DNA from: Nitrospirota bacterium
Lineage (GTDB): Bacteria; NPL-UPA2; JAADIA01
Direction of reading: 5' to 3'
Assembly (NCBI GenBank): GCA_013151555.1
Contig: JAADIA010000079.1
Location: forward strand, 1,699-65,698
Length of the DNA: 64,000 bases
In this document: in pieces, positions 1 through 10,088 of the stretch
Numbering within the stretch: the first letter of the stretch is position 1
Layout: the number at the start of each line of letters is the position of its first letter
Translations under genes and position numbers: made by a program
The notes under the pieces: model-generated
What the model saw: the letters and a program-made list of their open reading frames with translations, nothing else
Told to the model about the DNA's origin: nothing
The model's database searches: none

Positions 1-354
1 ATGAGCGATGGTACGTCAATATTACGTTTCTTGGATCCTGAGACTTTTGAGGAGACCCGCCGGGTTGAAGTATATGATAACAAGGGTCCGGTTACCAGCC
101 TTAATGAATTGGAATATGTCCAGGGGGAAATTTATGCTAATGTTTGGAGAAAGGACCGCATCGCAATAATTGCGCTTCAGACGGGACAGGTGATTGGATG
201 GGTAAATATGAAAGGAATTTTAAATTCGGGAGGTCGTGATAATCCTGCTCGTGTTATCAACGGCATTGCCTATGATGCAAAGAATAAGCGGTTGTTTGTA
301 ACCGGGAAATTGTGGCCTAAACTCTTTGAGATTGAGGTGATTTCTCCAGAGTAA
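1..354 (+). CDS. Glutaminyl-peptide cyclotransferase-like protein, C-terminal fragment (5' end outside window)
   Basis: ORF enters from the window edge; C-terminal motifs NELEYVQGEIYANVW, NGIAYD and FVTGKLWP resemble plant/bacterial-type glutamine cyclotransferase beta-propeller proteins. Confidence 0.5.
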   Translation: MSDGTSILRFLDPETFEETRRVEVYDNKGPVTSLNELEYVQGEIYANVWRKDRIAIIALQTGQVIGWVNMKGILNSGGRDNPARVINGIAYDAKNKRLFVTGKLWPKLFEIEVISPE

Positions 355-480
355 TTTAGGTTTTTGCAAGGATAACTCCTTCGGTATCTTTCTCTAACAT
401 CCTTAATTATAACCGGAAGGAGGATAGGGGATGATTCCCTAAAACCATCTTGAGAGAAATATCATTGAGGGAAATATCCT

Positions 481-508
481 TTGACTTTCATCTTAATTCT
501 GATAAAAT
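481..508 (+). promoter_or_regulatory. Sigma70-type promoter (TTGACT - 16 nt - TAAAAT) upstream of the PEPCK-like gene
   Basis: Near-consensus -35 and -10 hexamers with 16-nt spacer, about 50 nt upstream of the ATG at 559. Confidence 0.45.
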
Positions 509-558
509 GTCATTCAACACGCGGGGGATGAACGAAATAAAATAAGCTGGGGTTTGTT

Positions 559-2334
559 ATGCCTATTACTTTAAAAGATATTAATATTGAAAATTTCCGG
601 AAGATTTTCAAGCGAATAGTGCGCGATAAAGATAAAGCCGGGATTGCGGCTGTTCAGAATAACCCTGATGATCTCCTTGAGAGGGCTAAGAGTTACGGTA
701 CTCAATACAAGAACAAGAGTTGGGGGTGGAGTTCAAATATCTGGAGCCGGAGTGCTCCTAACAGCGTTCAGATTAACGGTGAAGGTGAACTCAAGCTTGA
801 GCATCGGCAACTGATGTTAAACGTTTTGGAACATATTCTCTGTCGTCCTCTAATCCAGGTGGATGCCAATCTGGGGAGTCCCGGTTCCAAGGCGGAAATG
901 AGATGCCGTCTCTACTGCGATCCGCAGTTCCCCGATATTGCTTACAGGTGGAGTCAACTGAATTTTCCCGGCGATCCTCAAGCCGATCCGGAGGTGGAGA
1001 TATTTTGTATTCCCCATTACCTGGAGAACCCCAATGTTCCCGGTAGCCGGGAGATGCTCCGGGTGATGAGGTTTCCGAACCATAATTATTCTATTATTAC
1101 GGTGAGTTCCTACCAGGGTGAGTGTAAGAAAGGGTTCCTCTCGCACTGGATACTCCATGCTTATAGAAAAGGGGGAACAGGAGAACACGCTTCGCTTAAA
1201 GAATTTACTGTCCGGAAGCGGGACGGGACTGAGAAGAGGATGGTGATGTGTGTCTGGGGCCTTTCGGGAAGCGGGAAATCGACCCATGGGATGTATGTGG
1301 TTAATGAATATACGGCGCCTCTTTTCCGGGAGAAGTTTGGAATTGATGTCTCCGAATTTATCTACGCCCAGGCAATTAAAAACGATGATATTGTTGCTAT
1401 ATTTGAGGACCAGGTAGTTAGTCCGGAGAAAGGTGCCTGGACAAAGACGGAGGATGTTGATAAGAGCCAGATCGGCATCTACCGGGCAGCGATGGCCTCC
1501 CGGGCGCTCCATGAGAATACCGAATGGGATGCCGAGGGCAATCTTAGCTTTGCCGGAAAGTTGTTTCAATACCGGGGAAGGCTTAACCAAAATGCCCGGA
1601 CTGTCCTCATGCTGGAAGATACCGGTTATTTCGATGGCAGTGTGGATTCCAGCGAGCCGCTGAATATGGCTGTTTTCATCAGCCCCGGCTACCTTACCGA
1701 TTTTGCCTGGCTGAAGATTAACGATGTGAATTTTGCCGCCAAAGTCCTGGCTGATGGAAGGACGGTTGGACATCCGGCCCAGGGTGCCAAGGGCGTAGGA
1801 GAAGAGAAGTACGCCAGCCGTTATTGTTCGCCTTTTACCATGGGAGTAAGTAGTGCAGCTCATGTACATCGGTTCCATGAGTTCCTCAAAAAAAGAGAAG
1901 GAACGGACAACCCCATCGATGTTTATCTCATTAATACCACCGGGAAGGTTGGTACTGAGTATCGGTGGGTGGAAATTGAACGGGATGGTGAGCCGGTGAA
2001 TATACCCCAACCGGTATTTGAAAATAAGAATGGAAAAAGAAAGCCGGTAGGAGGCACCGGTCCTTCAATAGAGGAGACCGAACTTTTTCTTTTTCAGGCG
2101 GCAAGAGGTGCGGTTGAGTACCGACCGCATCCTCTCTGGGGCAGCAAGGTTCTTGTCCCGGCAGGGGTCCCCGGTATCTCCGGGGAAAGACTCAATGCTC
2201 TTAATCCTTTCACCTATCATCCGGCTGAGGATATGAAACGGTTACTGAAAGCCCAGATTGAAACGAGCAAATATTATCTTAACAGACAATGTGCCGGGTT
2301 GGATAAACATATCTATGAAGCCATGGATTTTTAA
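559..2334 (+). CDS. Divergent phosphoenolpyruvate carboxykinase (ATP)-like P-loop kinase
   Basis: 591-aa ORF with a Walker-A-like GLSGSGKST resembling the ATP-PEPCK kinase-1a motif GLSGTGKTT, plus downstream blocks loosely matching PckA (NARTV, YCSPF, VYLINTTGKVG). Remainder divergent from canonical PckA. Confidence 0.45.
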   Translation: MPITLKDINIENFRKIFKRIVRDKDKAGIAAVQNNPDDLLERAKSYGTQYKNKSWGWSSNIWSRSAPNSVQINGEGELKLEHRQLMLNVLEHILCRPLIQVDANLGSPGSKAEMRCRLYCDPQFPDIAYRWSQLNFPGDPQADPEVEIFCIPHYLENPNVPGSREMLRVMRFPNHNYSIITVSSYQGECKKGFLSHWILHAYRKGGTGEHASLKEFTVRKRDGTEKRMVMCVWGLSGSGKSTHGMYVVNEYTAPLFREKFGIDVSEFIYAQAIKNDDIVAIFEDQVVSPEKGAWTKTEDVDKSQIGIYRAAMASRALHENTEWDAEGNLSFAGKLFQYRGRLNQNARTVLMLEDTGYFDGSVDSSEPLNMAVFISPGYLTDFAWLKINDVNFAAKVLADGRTVGHPAQGAKGVGEEKYASRYCSPFTMGVSSAAHVHRFHEFLKKREGTDNPIDVYLINTTGKVGTEYRWVEIERDGEPVNIPQPVFENKNGKRKPVGGTGPSIEETELFLFQAARGAVEYRPHPLWGSKVLVPAGVPGISGERLNALNPFTYHPAEDMKRLLKAQIETSKYYLNRQCAGLDKHIYEAMDF

Positions 2335-2437
2335 AAATGTTTAGGAAAGTATAAACCCCGGGTGAACATGGGGGAAATAACAATAGCCACGAATGAATGT
2401 TGATAAAGGTATGAAATTAAAAAACGAAAAACTTTAA

Positions 2438-2478
2438 CCACAGATTATCGCAAGATTAAATTTAATTCTTATCTGTGT
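2438..2478. repeat. Nested palindrome (cacagat...atctgtg outer, aagattaaa/tttaattctt inner) 3' of the PEPCK-like gene
   Basis: Read directly: ccacagattatcgcaagattaaatttaattcttatctgtg. Confidence 0.5.
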
Positions 2479-2584
2479 AAATCTGGTGTTAATCTCGGGG
2501 TTCATATCTTTTGATTTTTGGAGTTTTATTTTTGTATCTTTAATCCATGTCTATCAGGGGCTAAATATTTTTTGGAGATGAATC

Positions 2585-3778
2585 ATGTCTTTATCAGGGA
2601 GAGCTTCTTTAATCAGTCCTTCACCTACTTTGGCCATAACGGCTAAAGCGAAAGCGATGAAAGCACAGGGTATTGATATAATTGGATTTGGGGCGGGAGA
2701 ACCGGATTTTGATACGCCGGAGCACATTAAAGAAGAAGCCCGGAAAGCTCTTCAAGAGGGTTTTACTAAATATACCCCTGTCTCGGGGATTGAGCCGTTA
2801 AAGAAAGCAATTTGTAAGAAGCTTAAAAAGGATAACGGGTTGAACTACGATCCGGCACAGATAATCGTTTCCTGTGGAGCGAAACATTCTTTATACAATG
2901 CTATCCAAATTATTTGTGAAGAGGGAGATGAAGTTATCCTGCCTTCACCTTATTGGGTGAGTTATCCGGAACAGATAAAATTGTCGGGGGCAAGACCCGT
3001 GATAGTAGAAACCCGTGAGGCAGAGGGATTTAAACTCGGGCCGGAAAAGTTTTTAAAAGAGATAACTTCTCAAACGAAACTTTTGATCCTGAACAGTCCT
3101 AACAATCCTACGGGTGCTGTCTACTCCCGGGATGAGTTGCTGGCTCTTGCCGAGATTGCTATGGAGAAGAAGATTTACGTTATTTCCGATGAAATATATG
3201 AAAAGATAACTTACGATAAGGTAAAACATATCAGCATTGCTTCTTTAAGTCCCCGGATGCAGGATTTAACCGTGGTAGTAAATGGCGTATCCAAAGCATA
3301 TTCCATGACTGGTTGGAGGATAGGCTATGCTGCCGGAAATAAAGAGATTATCGCGGCTATGTCCCGGCTGCAAAGTCATAGCACTTCCAATCCTGATTCT
3401 ATCGCTCAGAGGGCGGCTGGGGAAGCTATTGAGGGAACTCAGGAGCCTCTTAAGGAAATGGTGGCTGAGTTCGAAAAGCGAAGGGATTATCTCGGGGAGA
3501 GACTGAATAACCTGAAAGGTTTTTCCTGTCAGCAACCTCAAGGTGCTTTTTATGCTTTTCCCAATATCTCGGGAGTGCTGGGAAAATTTTTCCGGGGTCG
3601 GAAGATAGAAGATTCTTCTTCTCTGACAGGTTTGCTCCTGGATGAGGCAAGGGTAGCTGTTATTCCCGGGTCGGCCTTTGGACAGGATAATTACCTCAGG
3701 TTTTCTTATGCAACTTCCATGGAGAATATTAGCAAAGGGCTTGACCGGATAGAAGACGTGGTGAACAAGATAAATTAG
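2585..3778 (+). CDS. Aspartate aminotransferase (class I PLP aminotransferase)
   Basis: 397 aa; N-terminal SPSPTLAITAKAKAMKAQGIDIIGFGAGEPDFDTP and PLP-lysine region SKAYSMTGWRIGY typical of AspAT. Confidence 0.85.
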   Translation: MSLSGRASLISPSPTLAITAKAKAMKAQGIDIIGFGAGEPDFDTPEHIKEEARKALQEGFTKYTPVSGIEPLKKAICKKLKKDNGLNYDPAQIIVSCGAKHSLYNAIQIICEEGDEVILPSPYWVSYPEQIKLSGARPVIVETREAEGFKLGPEKFLKEITSQTKLLILNSPNNPTGAVYSRDELLALAEIAMEKKIYVISDEIYEKITYDKVKHISIASLSPRMQDLTVVVNGVSKAYSMTGWRIGYAAGNKEIIAAMSRLQSHSTSNPDSIAQRAAGEAIEGTQEPLKEMVAEFEKRRDYLGERLNNLKGFSCQQPQGAFYAFPNISGVLGKFFRGRKIEDSSSLTGLLLDEARVAVIPGSAFGQDNYLRFSYATSMENISKGLDRIEDVVNKIN

Positions 3779-3812
3779 ACCAGGGACTGAAGAATAAGAA
3801 AAAAGCTGTATA

Positions 3813-4047
3813 GGACGCAGATAAACGCAGATTTAAAGGATTAAAAACACAAGACAACTTTATAATAGTTTCAGATTTTACTCCCTCCTGAGGCGGACAG
3901 GAATTATCAGCAGGGTGAGTTTTAAGAATTAGGAAAAATAAAAAGATTAAACCTTAATTCTTAGTTTATATAAATATTGTCCCGGTAATTTATACTTTGG
4001 GTTCCGGATTTTTAATTATCTGTATCTATCTGCGAATATCTGCGTCC
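3813..4047. repeat. Inverted tandem-unit repeat element (unit ACGCAGAT) with an inner nested palindrome (ttaagaattagg / ccttaattcttag)
   Basis: Forward arm ggacgcagataaacgcagat at 3813-3832; inverted arm atctgtatctatctgcgaatatctgcgtcc at 4018-4047; inner palindrome at 3922-3964. Confidence 0.6.
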
Positions 4048-4116
4048 AAAAAAGAAAGTTTTTATTGTGTTTTTTTGTGTCCTCTGTGGTAACGAAGTTT
4101 TCTTGGAGAAAGAACG

Positions 4117-5013
4117 GTGGAAAGCGAAGTTATATTAAGTACGGATTTAGCGGATGTAAAACTTTTTAAAAAAGGGAAGGTGCGGGATATCTATGACCTC
4201 GGGGATGAGTTTCTCATAGTAGCTACCGATAGGATATCCGCCTTTGATGTTATCCTACCCAACGGTATCCCTTGTAAAGGAAGAGTCTTGACCAAACTGT
4301 CGGAATTCTGGTTTGATTTCACCGGCAATATCGTCAGGAATCATTTAGTTACTACCGACTTCGCTCTTTTTCCGGAAGAACTGCAAAAGTATGTATCTAT
4401 CCTTGAGGGGCGGTCAATGTTGGTTAAGAAGGTGGAAACGGTGCCGGTTGAATGTGTAGTCCGGGGATACTTAGCCGGGTCCGGATGGAAGGAATATAGA
4501 GAGAAAGGTTCCATCTGCGGGATCAGTTTACCCCCCGGCCTCAGGGAGGCGGAGAAGTTACCTCAGCCGATATTTACTCCTTCTACCAAAGCCGACTCTG
4601 GGCATGACCTGAATATAACCGAGGAAGAGATGAGAGGATTAGTGGGAGCAAAAGTGGCGGAGGAGGTAAAGAAGAAAAGCCTGGAGATTTATAAAGTAGC
4701 CGATGAATATGCGGAATCTCGAGGCTTAATTATCTCCGACACCAAATTCGAGTTCGGATTTGTTCGCAATGAAGAGCTCATTCTTATAGATGAAATTCTT
4801 ACTCCGGATTCCTCGCGTTTTTGGGATAAAAACGATTACTGTTTGGGACAATCACCCAAAAATTTTGATAAGCAATTCGTGCGCGATTATTTAGAAACTG
4901 TGAATTGGGATAAGACTCCTCCCGCTCCTTCCCTTCCTCAGGATATTGTCTGGAAGACCAGCGAAAAATATAAGGAAGCCTATAAGAGGCTTACCGGCAA
5001 GATGATTGTATAG
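4117..5013 (+). CDS. purC: Phosphoribosylaminoimidazole-succinocarboxamide synthase (SAICAR synthetase)
   Basis: GTG start; GKVRDIYD...ATDRISAFD motif and length (298 aa) typical of PurC. Confidence 0.85.
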   Translation: MESEVILSTDLADVKLFKKGKVRDIYDLGDEFLIVATDRISAFDVILPNGIPCKGRVLTKLSEFWFDFTGNIVRNHLVTTDFALFPEELQKYVSILEGRSMLVKKVETVPVECVVRGYLAGSGWKEYREKGSICGISLPPGLREAEKLPQPIFTPSTKADSGHDLNITEEEMRGLVGAKVAEEVKKKSLEIYKVADEYAESRGLIISDTKFEFGFVRNEELILIDEILTPDSSRFWDKNDYCLGQSPKNFDKQFVRDYLETVNWDKTPPAPSLPQDIVWKTSEKYKEAYKRLTGKMIV

Positions 5014-5060
5014 CCGGCATTAAGAAGGTGTTCCAAACTGCTGCCAGGTAGGGTTGAAAA

Positions 5061-6386
5061 ATGCTGATGCGGCGGCCCGTGAGGGTTATTCTCTATATTA
5101 TCTTTGCCACCGTCTTGATTGCAGTTCTCTTCGTTAACCTCTCCCATAAAAGAGCAAATATCGAGAGAATTATTCAACAAGAAGGTTTATCTTTGGGAAG
5201 CATGTACGCCGTTGCCCGGGAAACCCGCAATGAAGCTATCATAACTGCGGTTATTATCTTTATCCTGGGGATAACCGCTCTCAGCTTACTGCTCATTTAT
5301 GAGCAATATCGTTCTGCCCGGAGGAGTTTGAGCGCGGTGGAAAGCCTTTCCTCAAATGTTCTCCGAAGCATAACCCGGGGGGTGATCGTCGTTGACTTAG
5401 AGGGAAAAATATCCAGCCTCAATAAGGCCGCTGAGACCATCCTTAATTTGAAAGGCCGGAATTTATCCGGTACCCCTTTCCGGGAAATCTGGAATAAGGA
5501 TGACCGGATAAGGGTTATCCTGGAGAAGGTTCTGGAGGATAAAGAGCTTTCCGGAGACCAGGATATTGATTATTATGTGGAGGGAAAAGGGAGACTATCG
5601 CTTCGTATTGATACTACCTTTCTCGAAGACGATGAAGGCAAGACGGTTGGAATAGTAATCCTTATCAAAGACCTTACTGAAGCTAAGCAACTGGAAACAC
5701 AGATGAGGAGAGCGGACAAGTTAGCTTCGCTGGGACGTTTGGCAGCCGGCATCGCTCACGAGATAAAGAATCCTTTAAGCGCTATGTCCATAAACCACCA
5801 ATTATTGGAGGAGGAAGTTTTTTCCTCATCTTCTCTTTCCCGGAAAAGATTATTGAACTACTTGAACATCGTCGGGACGGAAACCAAACGTTTAGAGGGT
5901 ATCGTCCAGAATTTTCTCCGCTTTGCTAAACCTCCTCCCCTGGAATTGAGTCAGGTGAATATTAACCGAGTTCTTGATGGAGTTCTGGCTCTGATAGGGC
6001 AGGAAGCTGTGGAAGAAGGGATTAAGATATCTAAGAATTATCATGAAGATTTGCCCCGGGTTCAGGGAGATAAGGAACAACTAAGCCAGGCTTTCTTGAA
6101 TATAGTTATTAATTCCCTTCAGGCGATGGCGGGGGGAGGGCAATTGACTATTAGAACAGCAAAGGGACCGCGACATATCGAATTAGAAATTTCCGATACG
6201 GGTCGAGGCATTGCTCTTCAGGACCAGGAGAAGATTTTTGAGCTTTACTTCACTACTAAGGAGGGGGGAACGGGACTGGGATTGCCCATAACCCAGCGTA
6301 TTATTCAAGAACATCGGGGATGGATAGGGATAGAAAGCAAACCGGGAGAAGGAACTAAGTTCAGGGTTAACCTTCCGCTGATATAG
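5061..6386 (+). CDS. Sensor histidine kinase (2 TM, PAS, HisKA, HATPase), NtrB/AtoS-like
   Basis: Two N-terminal hydrophobic segments, H-box HEIKNPLSAM, G-box GTGLGL; adjacent to a sigma54-type response regulator. Confidence 0.8.
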   Translation: MLMRRPVRVILYIIFATVLIAVLFVNLSHKRANIERIIQQEGLSLGSMYAVARETRNEAIITAVIIFILGITALSLLLIYEQYRSARRSLSAVESLSSNVLRSITRGVIVVDLEGKISSLNKAAETILNLKGRNLSGTPFREIWNKDDRIRVILEKVLEDKELSGDQDIDYYVEGKGRLSLRIDTTFLEDDEGKTVGIVILIKDLTEAKQLETQMRRADKLASLGRLAAGIAHEIKNPLSAMSINHQLLEEEVFSSSSLSRKRLLNYLNIVGTETKRLEGIVQNFLRFAKPPPLELSQVNINRVLDGVLALIGQEAVEEGIKISKNYHEDLPRVQGDKEQLSQAFLNIVINSLQAMAGGGQLTIRTAKGPRHIELEISDTGRGIALQDQEKIFELYFTTKEGGTGLGLPITQRIIQEHRGWIGIESKPGEGTKFRVNLPLI

Positions 6387-6396
6387 GCAAAAGATC

Positions 6397-7752
6397 ATGA
6401 AGACAGAGAAAATTCTGGTCGTTGATGACGAAATAAATATTGCCCGGGGAATTTGTGAAGCGCTGGGCAAAGAAGGTTATCGAACCTTATCAACATCCAA
6501 TGGGTTGAAGGCTTTGGAGGAAGTAAGAGAAGACTTTTTCCATCTCATCATTGCCGATGTAAAAATGCCGGGGATGAGCGGTTTGGAATTTCTCCGTCAG
6601 GTTAAGCGGGAGTGTCCGGAGACAATGGTGGTTATCCTTACTGCTTATGGGACCATCGAGACGGCTGTGGAGGCGATGCGGGAAGGAGCCTATGATTATC
6701 TTTCCAAGCCTATTGACATCAAAAGGCTGAGGGCTCTGGTGGAGAAAGCCCTGGAAAAACAAAGGTTAATCCTGGAGAATCAAATTCTCCGCCAGAAACT
6801 GGAAGGTCGAACCCGGTTCGATAAGATAGTGGGAAAAGGTGAGAAAATAAGGGAAATTTACCGGTTGGTCGAACGGGTGGCAGATACCAAATCTACTGTC
6901 CTCATCCAGGGGGAGAGTGGAACCGGGAAGGAATTGATTGCCCGGGCTATTCATGAGCATAGTTCCCGTTGCCGTAAGCCTTTCATCACCTTGAACTGTG
7001 CTGCCTTACCCGAAAACCTTCTGGAGTCGGAGCTCTTCGGTCACGAGAAAGGAGCCTTCACGGGAGCTCTAGCCAGGAAAACAGGCCGGTTTGAGGAGGC
7101 AGAAGGGGGGACCCTTTTTTTAGATGAAGTGGGAGGGATGAGCCCTAAGATGCAGATGGACCTGTTAAGAGTAGTAGAAGAGCGAAGGTTGCGAAGGGTA
7201 GGAGGCTCAGAGATGATTGAAGTAGATGCCCGTCTCATTGCAGCCACTAACACTGACCTAAAGAAAGCTGTGGAGAACGGTTCTTTCCGAAAAGACCTTT
7301 ATTACCGTTTAAACGTTATTCCTATCTTACTTCCTCCTTTACGGGAACGGAAAGAGGATATTCCCACCCTGGCAAAAGTTTTCTTAGCGGAGTTCAATAA
7401 GGAAAATAATAAAGATGTGAAAATAATCTCTCCCCAGGCGATGGAGGCCATGGTGAATTATCATTGGCCGGGGAATATCAGGGAGTTGAAGAACGTCATG
7501 GAGAGAGCGATCATCCTGGCTCCCGGAGATAATATACTGTCTGAATATCTACCCTCGGAAATCCAGGAGAAAATAGGTCAGCCGGGGCGGGTTTCTCTTG
7601 CCCTGGGCACGACTCTTAAAGAAGCAGAGAAAAAACTTATCGAACAAACCTTGAAGGAAATAACCTCTCATCGGGAGGAAGCCGCGAGGCTCTTGGGAAT
7701 TAGCGTTCGTTCTTTACACTATAAAATGAAGGAATACGGGATTGAATATTAG
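6397..7752 (+). CDS. Sigma-54-dependent response regulator (NtrC family: REC, AAA+, HTH)
   Basis: REC domain with conserved Asp region, Walker A GESGTGKE, GAFTGA motif, C-terminal HTH. Confidence 0.85.
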   Translation: MKTEKILVVDDEINIARGICEALGKEGYRTLSTSNGLKALEEVREDFFHLIIADVKMPGMSGLEFLRQVKRECPETMVVILTAYGTIETAVEAMREGAYDYLSKPIDIKRLRALVEKALEKQRLILENQILRQKLEGRTRFDKIVGKGEKIREIYRLVERVADTKSTVLIQGESGTGKELIARAIHEHSSRCRKPFITLNCAALPENLLESELFGHEKGAFTGALARKTGRFEEAEGGTLFLDEVGGMSPKMQMDLLRVVEERRLRRVGGSEMIEVDARLIAATNTDLKKAVENGSFRKDLYYRLNVIPILLPPLRERKEDIPTLAKVFLAEFNKENNKDVKIISPQAMEAMVNYHWPGNIRELKNVMERAIILAPGDNILSEYLPSEIQEKIGQPGRVSLALGTTLKEAEKKLIEQTLKEITSHREEAARLLGISVRSLHYKMKEYGIEY

Positions 7753-7918
7753 TTATATCAATTACTTAAAAGGCGAATGAGATTATAGTATTCCAAAGGT
7801 TAGGAGAGGCAAACTTATCTCTGCTCGTAAGAGTCTTGGTCGCTCCTAAAGCAAAAATGCCGGCATAACCAATTACGCTTTACAGCATAATAGCCTCCGA
7901 CACCTCCGAAAATTTTCT

Positions 7919-7946
7919 TTGACTTCCTTGCCAGTTCTGGTAAAAT
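7919..7946 (+). promoter_or_regulatory. Sigma70-type promoter (TTGACT - 16 nt - TAAAAT) giving a probably leaderless transcript of the GT28 gene
   Basis: -10 ends 6 nt before the ATG at 7953; no Shine-Dalgarno between. Confidence 0.4.
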
Positions 7947-7952
7947 GCTCAC

Positions 7953-9074
7953 ATGAAAAGGGTTCTTCTTCTCTATATTTTTGAAAGAACTGGTCACCAC
8001 CTGGCAGCTCAGGCTTTAGAAAAAGCTATAAGAGAACGGGAGAAGAATTGGAATCTTCTGACCGTTAACTTTCTTGGTTATGCTAATCCTCACCTTAACC
8101 AGGTTATTCAGAGTGGTTATTTATCGTTGCTTCATAATACGCCTGAGATATGGGACTATCTCTATGATAACCCCAAGGTGGCGCGGAGGATATCAGGAGT
8201 TAAGGAATTCATCAATAAATTAAAGTCCGGAAAGTTGGAAGAATTGCTTGATTCTTTCTCTCCCAAGACAGTTATTTGTACCCAGGCTTTCCCTTGTGGA
8301 GTAGTGGCCGCTTATAAAGAGAAGAGAAAAAAAAATCTCCCCTTGATTGGGGTGATCACGGACTATGTAGCTCACTGCTATTGGCTGTATGACCAAGTCG
8401 ATTATTATGCGGTTCCTCATGAGACTACTAAGAATGACCTGATAAAAAAAGGGATTGCCGCGAGGAAGATACGAGTTACGGGAATTTCCATTGATCCCAA
8501 GTTTGGAAAGAAGCAGGATAGAGAGAGAATTGTAAAAGGAATAAATTTAAGCCCGAATCTTCCTACCGTACTTATTATGGGAGGAGGGCAGGGATTGGGA
8601 CCGATAGAAGAAATTGTTGATAGCCTGGACGCTCTTCCCTTACCCTTGCAGATGGTCATTGTTACCGGCCTTAATAAAAGTTTAAGAGAGAACCTGGAAG
8701 AAAAAAAAGGTGAAATGACTAAACCGGTTCATATCACAGGATATGTGGATAATATTGAAGAATTTATGGAAATATCCGATATAATCGTTACCAAATCGGG
8801 GGGGTTGACTACTGCTGAAGCTTTGGCTAAAGGTTTAGCTATAGTCATAGCCGGTTGTCTACCGGGGCAGGAAGAAAGGAACAGTCGGTTTTTAGTGGAC
8901 GAAGGAGCGGCGATAAAAGCCGATGGGGGTAAGAAAGTAGCTGTTGTTGTTAGTGAACTACTGAGCAATCCCCGGCGTCTTTCTTCCCTTCAGGCTAAGG
9001 CCAGAGAGTTGTCGAGTCCTGACGCTTCTTTGGAAATAGCTGAGATGGTTATGGAGACAGTAAACTCAAGTTAA
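7953..9074 (+). CDS. GT28-family glycosyltransferase, MGDG synthase / UgtP-like (diacylglycerol glycosyltransferase)
   Basis: 373 aa; pattern of UgtP/MGDG-synthase-like blocks (N-terminal ...TGHH, TDY..H..W, MGGGQGLG, TKSGGLTTAEA, PGQEE.N..F). Confidence 0.65.
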   Translation: MKRVLLLYIFERTGHHLAAQALEKAIREREKNWNLLTVNFLGYANPHLNQVIQSGYLSLLHNTPEIWDYLYDNPKVARRISGVKEFINKLKSGKLEELLDSFSPKTVICTQAFPCGVVAAYKEKRKKNLPLIGVITDYVAHCYWLYDQVDYYAVPHETTKNDLIKKGIAARKIRVTGISIDPKFGKKQDRERIVKGINLSPNLPTVLIMGGGQGLGPIEEIVDSLDALPLPLQMVIVTGLNKSLRENLEEKKGEMTKPVHITGYVDNIEEFMEISDIIVTKSGGLTTAEALAKGLAIVIAGCLPGQEERNSRFLVDEGAAIKADGGKKVAVVVSELLSNPRRLSSLQAKARELSSPDASLEIAEMVMETVNSS

Positions 9075-9177
9075 CGAAGGCTCAAATGCTCCGGATAACA
9101 GCTCTCTTTTCTAAATATGAACCCGGGAGCATTGGAACTATGGAGCACTTTTCAAGTTACGACCGAAGGGAGTTGAT

Positions 9178-10065
9178 TTGAAATATCTCATCTATCAGTT
9201 AATTCATTTCATCTCTTTTTGGCTGCCTCTAAAGGTTGCTTACTGGTTGGGAGAGAGAATAGCCGATCTCCGTTATTTGTTCTGCAAGGAAAGCCGGGAA
9301 ACAATCGAGAGTAATCTGAAGCAGGTTCTGGGGGAAAAGGAAGAAAAGGAAATCAAACGCAAAACCCGCAAGGTCTTTCAGAACTTTGCTAAATATGTCG
9401 TTGACTTTTCTCGTTTTTGCCGTATTAATCAAAAGAACCTGGAAAAGTTTATTACCATAGAAGGGATGGAAAACCTCAAACGGGCATTTGCGGCTCGGAA
9501 GGGAGTTATTGCTCTCACCGCTCATCTGGGAAACTGGGAATTGGGAGGAGCAACCCTTGCTATCTCTGGCTATCCGATTAACGCTGTTGCCCTCGATCAC
9601 GAAGAGACTTCCGTTAACCGTCTCTTTGTTCGGCAGAGGACAAAAAAGGGAGTGAAAGTTATTCCTTTTGGGATGGCGGCCAGTAGATGTTACCGGGCCC
9701 TTCACCGTAATGAGATGGTCGCTCTTCTCGGAGACTGGGATATCAAAAGCCAGGGAATAGAGACTCGTTTTCTGGGAAGGTTGACTACCCTTCCCCGGGG
9801 TCCGGCTGTTCTTTCCTTAAAGACAGGGGCAGCTATTTTGCCCGGATTTACTATCAGACAAGAGGATGACCGTTTTAAACTTTTTCTGGAAAAACCTATT
9901 TTCCCGGAGTCTACCGGACGCAAGGAAGAGGACATAAATAAGTTGAGTGCTCAAGTAAACAAGGTTATGGAAAACTATATCCGGAGCTATCCGGAACAGT
10001 GGTTCCTCTTTCATAAAGTGTGGCCGGAGGAGGACAGGGAACAGATAATACCTAATAAAAGTTGA
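9178..10065 (+). CDS. Lipid A biosynthesis late acyltransferase (LpxL/HtrB family, LPLAT superfamily)
   Basis: TTG start; 295 aa; single N-terminal membrane helix; conserved HLGNWELGG block of LpxL-type acyltransferases. Confidence 0.6.
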   Translation: MKYLIYQLIHFISFWLPLKVAYWLGERIADLRYLFCKESRETIESNLKQVLGEKEEKEIKRKTRKVFQNFAKYVVDFSRFCRINQKNLEKFITIEGMENLKRAFAARKGVIALTAHLGNWELGGATLAISGYPINAVALDHEETSVNRLFVRQRTKKGVKVIPFGMAASRCYRALHRNEMVALLGDWDIKSQGIETRFLGRLTTLPRGPAVLSLKTGAAILPGFTIRQEDDRFKLFLEKPIFPESTGRKEEDINKLSAQVNKVMENYIRSYPEQWFLFHKVWPEEDREQIIPNKS

Positions 10066-10088
10066 AAGGATTTAGAGGAGAAGAGATA

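Noticed and set aside
850-2010. 386-aa ORF on the minus strand inside the PEPCK-like gene
   Set aside because: Fully antisense to a well-supported 591-aa CDS, with no recognisable motifs and low-complexity composition, so it is a spurious shadow ORF. The same judgement applies to 1433-1663(+), 11973-12569(-), 29559-30161(-), 32015-32398(-), 32730-33227(-), 34882-35388(+), 41684-42112(-), 56614-56931(-), 59618-60043(+) and 61538-61969(+).
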